From positions 7,068,001 to 7,132,000 of the forward strand of contig CM022670.1 in the NCBI GenBank assembly GCA_012295275.1: a DNA stretch of 64,000 bases, written 5' to 3'. The notes under the pieces are model-generated. The model saw only the letters and a list, made by a program, of their open reading frames with translations, was not told the origin of the DNA and did not search any database. The stretch comes from Chrysomallon squamiferum (lineage: Eukaryota; Animalia; Mollusca). The translations under genes were made by a program, and so were the position numbers. How positions within the stretch are numbered: the first letter of the stretch is position 1; each line of letters begins with the position of its first letter. Of this stretch, positions 38,774 through 64,000 are shown one piece after another.

Positions 38774-41387
38774 CTGAAAAACATAAATGATTTCATTTCA
38801 GTACTGTTATTAAACAATAACAAACTGAATTGCTGGTTTTTATTAATAATATAATAACAATAATAAAAATTCTGACACTTTTGCAAGTACATATTTTAGC
38901 CACCTTGTAATTAAATGTTTGTAACAAACAAGTCTGTGGTATGTGTTTTCCTGTTAATAGTAGTCCACAATATAGCTTCAGTAGTTTACCTTTTATATCA
39001 AGCTCAGTTTTAAAGTAAATTTTTCATTAATTTCGCATTACCATAGTTAAATAAATTCTGGTGGTAAAACAAACATGGATATTTATTCTAAATATCTGAC
39101 TAAGAGATTAGTATTACATTTTCTGTGACAACACTGACATACATCTGTCTTACAGTAGTATATAAATAGTAAATGTTTTTTGAAACCGTGTCAAAGTTTG
39201 AGGATGTCATCATATTACACTGGCTTCTAATTAGCTCAGCTTTTCCTGTCAAAGTCAGTACTCAAAAATTATCAAAAAATAATTCAGATATACACATTAT
39301 AATTTAAAAATTCACTTTGAGTGTTATCAAAGCCACAACAGAAAAAATAAACAAATTTGATTTTTAACTATGAAAGCTTTACAGTAAAAAATATTAATAA
39401 TGAAATAATATTTACTTATAAATAATGGATTAAAAAACAAATTCAGAATTTAATAATAAAAAATGTGAACCTACTTACAAACTGAAATTTAAATAAATAT
39501 CTATAATTTTGTTTATTATTACAGCTGTAATTTTACTAAAAGGATATCTGTTTTTATTAGTTACTTTAAAACTGATAATACAAATGTGTGTATATGTTTA
39601 TCCATCTTTATTATTGTCTCAATAATTACAGCATACCTTGAGAATCATAGAAGATTTAAAACACAAGTGATGTTTTATGCTTTCAACTTACCATTGAAAA
39701 TGTCTTCAAAATCAATGATTTCATCTTTACCAGTTAGTGTATCATGGATTACATTGGAGCTGTGTAGACCAGGCAGTCTCTGGAACTAAAATGCAAAAAT
39801 AAAACTATACTTCATTTCAAAACTTTATAATCCAAAAACAACCCATTAACAATCAAATTACCTAGCAGACAACACTGAAATCATTTGCAAAACAAAACAG
39901 AATCTTTTTCAAACTGCTAAAACTAAATATCAGCCAATAACTTTTTTTTAATTATTATTTCAACAATGTACATATTTAAATTACTGTCTCATAAAAAATG
40001 AAATATATTTTATTTACTGATTGAATTTTTTTTTGACAGAAACAGTTTAATGTCAGGTATCTCTCCTACTGAAAATGTCTCACCATTATTTAGGCACAGA
40101 CCAACATGCACTGATGACTGAGATAAAAACAAAGTAGAACTGTTCTGAATTCAGTTTACCTTGGAGGCTATATTTCTCTCCATCTGTAAGCGGAGAGGTG
40201 CCTGGATTCCCTGCATGTTTCTCAGCATCATATCATCCATCTGTATCCTGTTCTTCTCCCACTGGAATTTACAAATATTTACACGTCAGTAAAACTTCTT
40301 TTTATTATTCACATTTAGTATTATTTCCTAATCACTTTTTTCTTGTTAAACAGTTCATCTGATAATACGAATAAATGGTATAAATATATTTCATATACTT
40401 CCAAGTGATTCTTTTATTTATTTCATAATTTAGAATTAAAATATGATTGTTAAATAATTTATTATTATAAATCTCTCATTCAGATGTAATTGTTTTACAC
40501 ACACATATATGTAAATTCCCAGTGCACAAAAATATAAAGGTATTTTGCAGGCTAATCAGCAGGATTAAATGCAAATCTAATTTACGATAAATTCGAATGA
40601 CATAATCACTACTCACATTTTCTTCTGAATACTGCAGTGGATGTGATGGCATTTTGTTTCTTTTAACATTCTGCAACCTAGAAATAAAATTATAAAATTC
40701 CTGTTTTGATGCAATATAATACTGTAGTTAAGTAATCTAAGTTTTGTTTATATGTTTAAATGAGTACATTTATTTCAATAAAAAATGTCAGGAAAAATTA
40801 ACTATTTATAATAAAAAGTTTCTTTTTATTTCTGTAATTTCTAAAGCACATTATGAAATGAAATTAATGCTTCTTCTGTGTCACCTCAAAACATTTCAAT
40901 ATGTGTTTCTCTTATCAGTTTAGTAGTCACCGTGACTATGCAGTTCTTAGAGCACTTGACTGGTAACTAAAAGGTCATGAGATCGAGATCAGAGACTGTA
41001 AAATTCATTTTCATCAACTTTATGGTCTATTAGAACAGAAAATTAGATATTCGGCCTCCTTATTACAGGTTTCTTGAAAAGTATTCTTTGTAATATATTA
41101 TCCCAATACACAGATACACAAGAAAACTGTAAAATTAATTTCAAATCATGGTCATTAGTGAAAAAGATATGGTATCTGGTACACTTTGTAATATAGGTCC
41201 CAATACACAGATACACAAGAAAAGATCCACTGGACAAATCCTCACCCGTGAAGCATGGTATCTGTACACCATAAGGTCCTGCAGGTAGATCCACTGGACT
41301 CATACCTGCGGGCTGTAGCTTCATGGCTGGATGTCCTGAATTCTGTTTTACAACATCAAAAGAAAAAACAATTTAAAAGACAAATGT

Positions 41388-41470
<83 letters not shown>

Positions 41471-41773
41471 TGCATATATTTAGTTGTATTCACTGCTCCG
41501 TTAATATATATAAACGCTTATTCAACTGGTGCTGATACAAAGTGATAGTGGTACACAAAATAAACAAATTGAAATTCATTTAGAATTTCCTTCCAATTTC
41601 GCTGACGTCATTATCAATAATTCAGATATACTGATTATAATATTAATAACTGTATTTTTCTTTATTAACGGTTAAGAATACACATTCCAAGGTAAAGTCC
41701 CAATACTGTATCGGGTTATAATACTTTAAATAATATTATTATCAATGTACAAATCACTAAAACGCTTTACCAT
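38706..41773 (-). CDS. POMP: Proteasome maturation protein POMP/Ump1, 6 coding exons; exon 2 one base short as assembled
   Basis: Exons 41773-41771 (ATG only), 41342-41246, 40677-40617, 40261-40160, 39785-39692, 38773-38706. Translation includes PSHPLQYSEENW, MLRNMQGIQAPLRLQMER, QRLPGLHSSN, IIDFEDIFNDP and GQPHVLMEKRLNLL*, which match the UMP1 family. Restoring one base in exon 2 gives 141 aa, the length of human POMP. Confidence 0.93.
39692..39785 (-). CDS. POMP: POMP exon 5
   Basis: FQRLPGLHSSNVIHDTLTGKDEIIDFEDIFN; donor gtaagt. Confidence 0.93.
40160..40261 (-). CDS. POMP: POMP exon 4
   Basis: WEKNRIQMDDMMLRNMQGIQAPLRLQMERNIASK. Confidence 0.93.
40617..40677 (-). CDS. POMP: POMP exon 3
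   Basis: LQNVKRNKMPSHPLQYSEEN; donor gtgagt. Confidence 0.9.
40931..40998 (+). mobile_element. Possible degenerate tRNA-derived SINE head in POMP intron 2
   Basis: cagttcttagagcacttgactggtaactaaaaggtcatgagatcgagatc resembles tRNA D-loop, anticodon and T-loop spacing but is decayed. Confidence 0.3.
41246..41342 (-). CDS. POMP: POMP exon 2
   Basis: NSGHPAMKLQPAGMSPVDLPAGPYGV then frame change to DTMLHG; donor GG|gtgagg. Confidence 0.8.
41393..41468. repeat. (AG)n in POMP intron 1
   Basis: Perfect run. Confidence 0.95.
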
Positions 41774-42417
41774 GTTGACTTCCACAGTCGCAGTCTTCCG
41801 GATGTGCCCAATTGTAAAGTCACTTCTGATTGGTTTATCAAATATGATAGCAATTTTTTCATTGGATGTGTAAATCAAGAAAGGAATTCCTCTAGCGATT
41901 CATTTATTTAATCATACTCCCACGGTTTGTGGAATCCTATATATAATTATTATAGCTTTTCCTACAAAATACCTTTACAGCATACATATTGAAATAAATA
42001 TATCTTTTTCTATTTATCAAAATTAATAATGTACAACTTTCTCTGTTACTCTTGAGAAATGGTTAAGCAATCCAAAAGTAAAAGAATCTTTAATAGGGGG
42101 CAATGGTTATTTCAGTAACTCTCTTGCCTCTGTTAGAAGTTCCCAAATCCTTTAGTTTAGTGTACTTGAGAAGTTGTGTCACAATTAGCTAAGTCCGGTT
42201 GTGGACTGTTTGATCATTAGTCATAACGTCAAATGCGGTGGTCAGAACCTTCAGGAGAATTTCTTCTAGCTTCATACTAATGGATAAAACAACCTCAGCA
42301 TGATGTTTTAAAATCTGTGCAATGGGATTACACATACGTTTGATATCTACTATATGATAATGAGTATATGATATATCAGCGTAAACCTAAGGCTTCTTTA
42401 TAATTACTTTCAGAAAA
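41774..42417. promoter_or_regulatory. Putative bidirectional promoter and 5' UTRs shared by POMP and the PDGFR/VEGFR-like gene
   Basis: 644 bp between divergent ATGs; ETS/GABP-type CTTCCGG 41795-41801 and CCAAT boxes at 41808-41812, 41829-41833 and 41861-41865. Confidence 0.6.
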
Positions 42418-63717
<21,300 letters not shown>

Positions 63718-64000
63718 GTAAGTAGGGGTGGGGTGGGGATACAGGTAGAGAGACAGATGTGGGGTGGGATACAGGGGGTGGGTATGTGTAGGTTGGTATG
63801 CCAGAGTTGGATTTGTACAGAACGGATTTGTGTAAGTTGAATGGAAAAAGGAGTAGAGATAGCTGAGATTAGAGGTGGATATATTTAGGTGGAACTGAAG
63901 GTGGATTAGGTAAGACAACAGCTAGGTGGAGTTGGAATTGTAAAAGTGGGGCTATGAATGGATGGGTGTGTGTAGGTGGGGCCAGAAGTAGAGGTGAAGT

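Overview
AT-rich, microsatellite-dense, intron-containing animal genomic DNA. It is probably from a lophotrochozoan such as a mollusc; this is inferred from protein style and composition, not proven. Four spliced genes were rebuilt by hand with GT-AG boundaries and codon phases checked: (1) ParaHox gene Cdx/caudal (minus, 3 exons, 5139-13459, 323 aa); (2) SF1 helicase IGHMBP2/SMUBP-2 (minus, 25248-34373); (3) proteasome maturation protein POMP/Ump1 (minus, 6 exons, 38706-41773); (4) the 5' end of a PDGFR/VEGFR-family receptor tyrosine kinase (plus, 42418 to beyond the window end). The main result is the neighbourhood. Cdx, POMP and a PDGFR/VEGFR gene are linked as on human 13q12 (CDX2...FLT1-POMP), and POMP and the receptor sit head-to-head with only 644 bp between start codons. 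IGHMBP2 and POMP each show a single reading-frame break, and the base missing from POMP exon 2 survives in a mosaic copy in the adjacent intron. Several candidate enhancers or promoters and a CpG-rich versus CpG-poor mosaic are also visible. Most ORFs in the supplied track are microsatellite or antisense artefacts.
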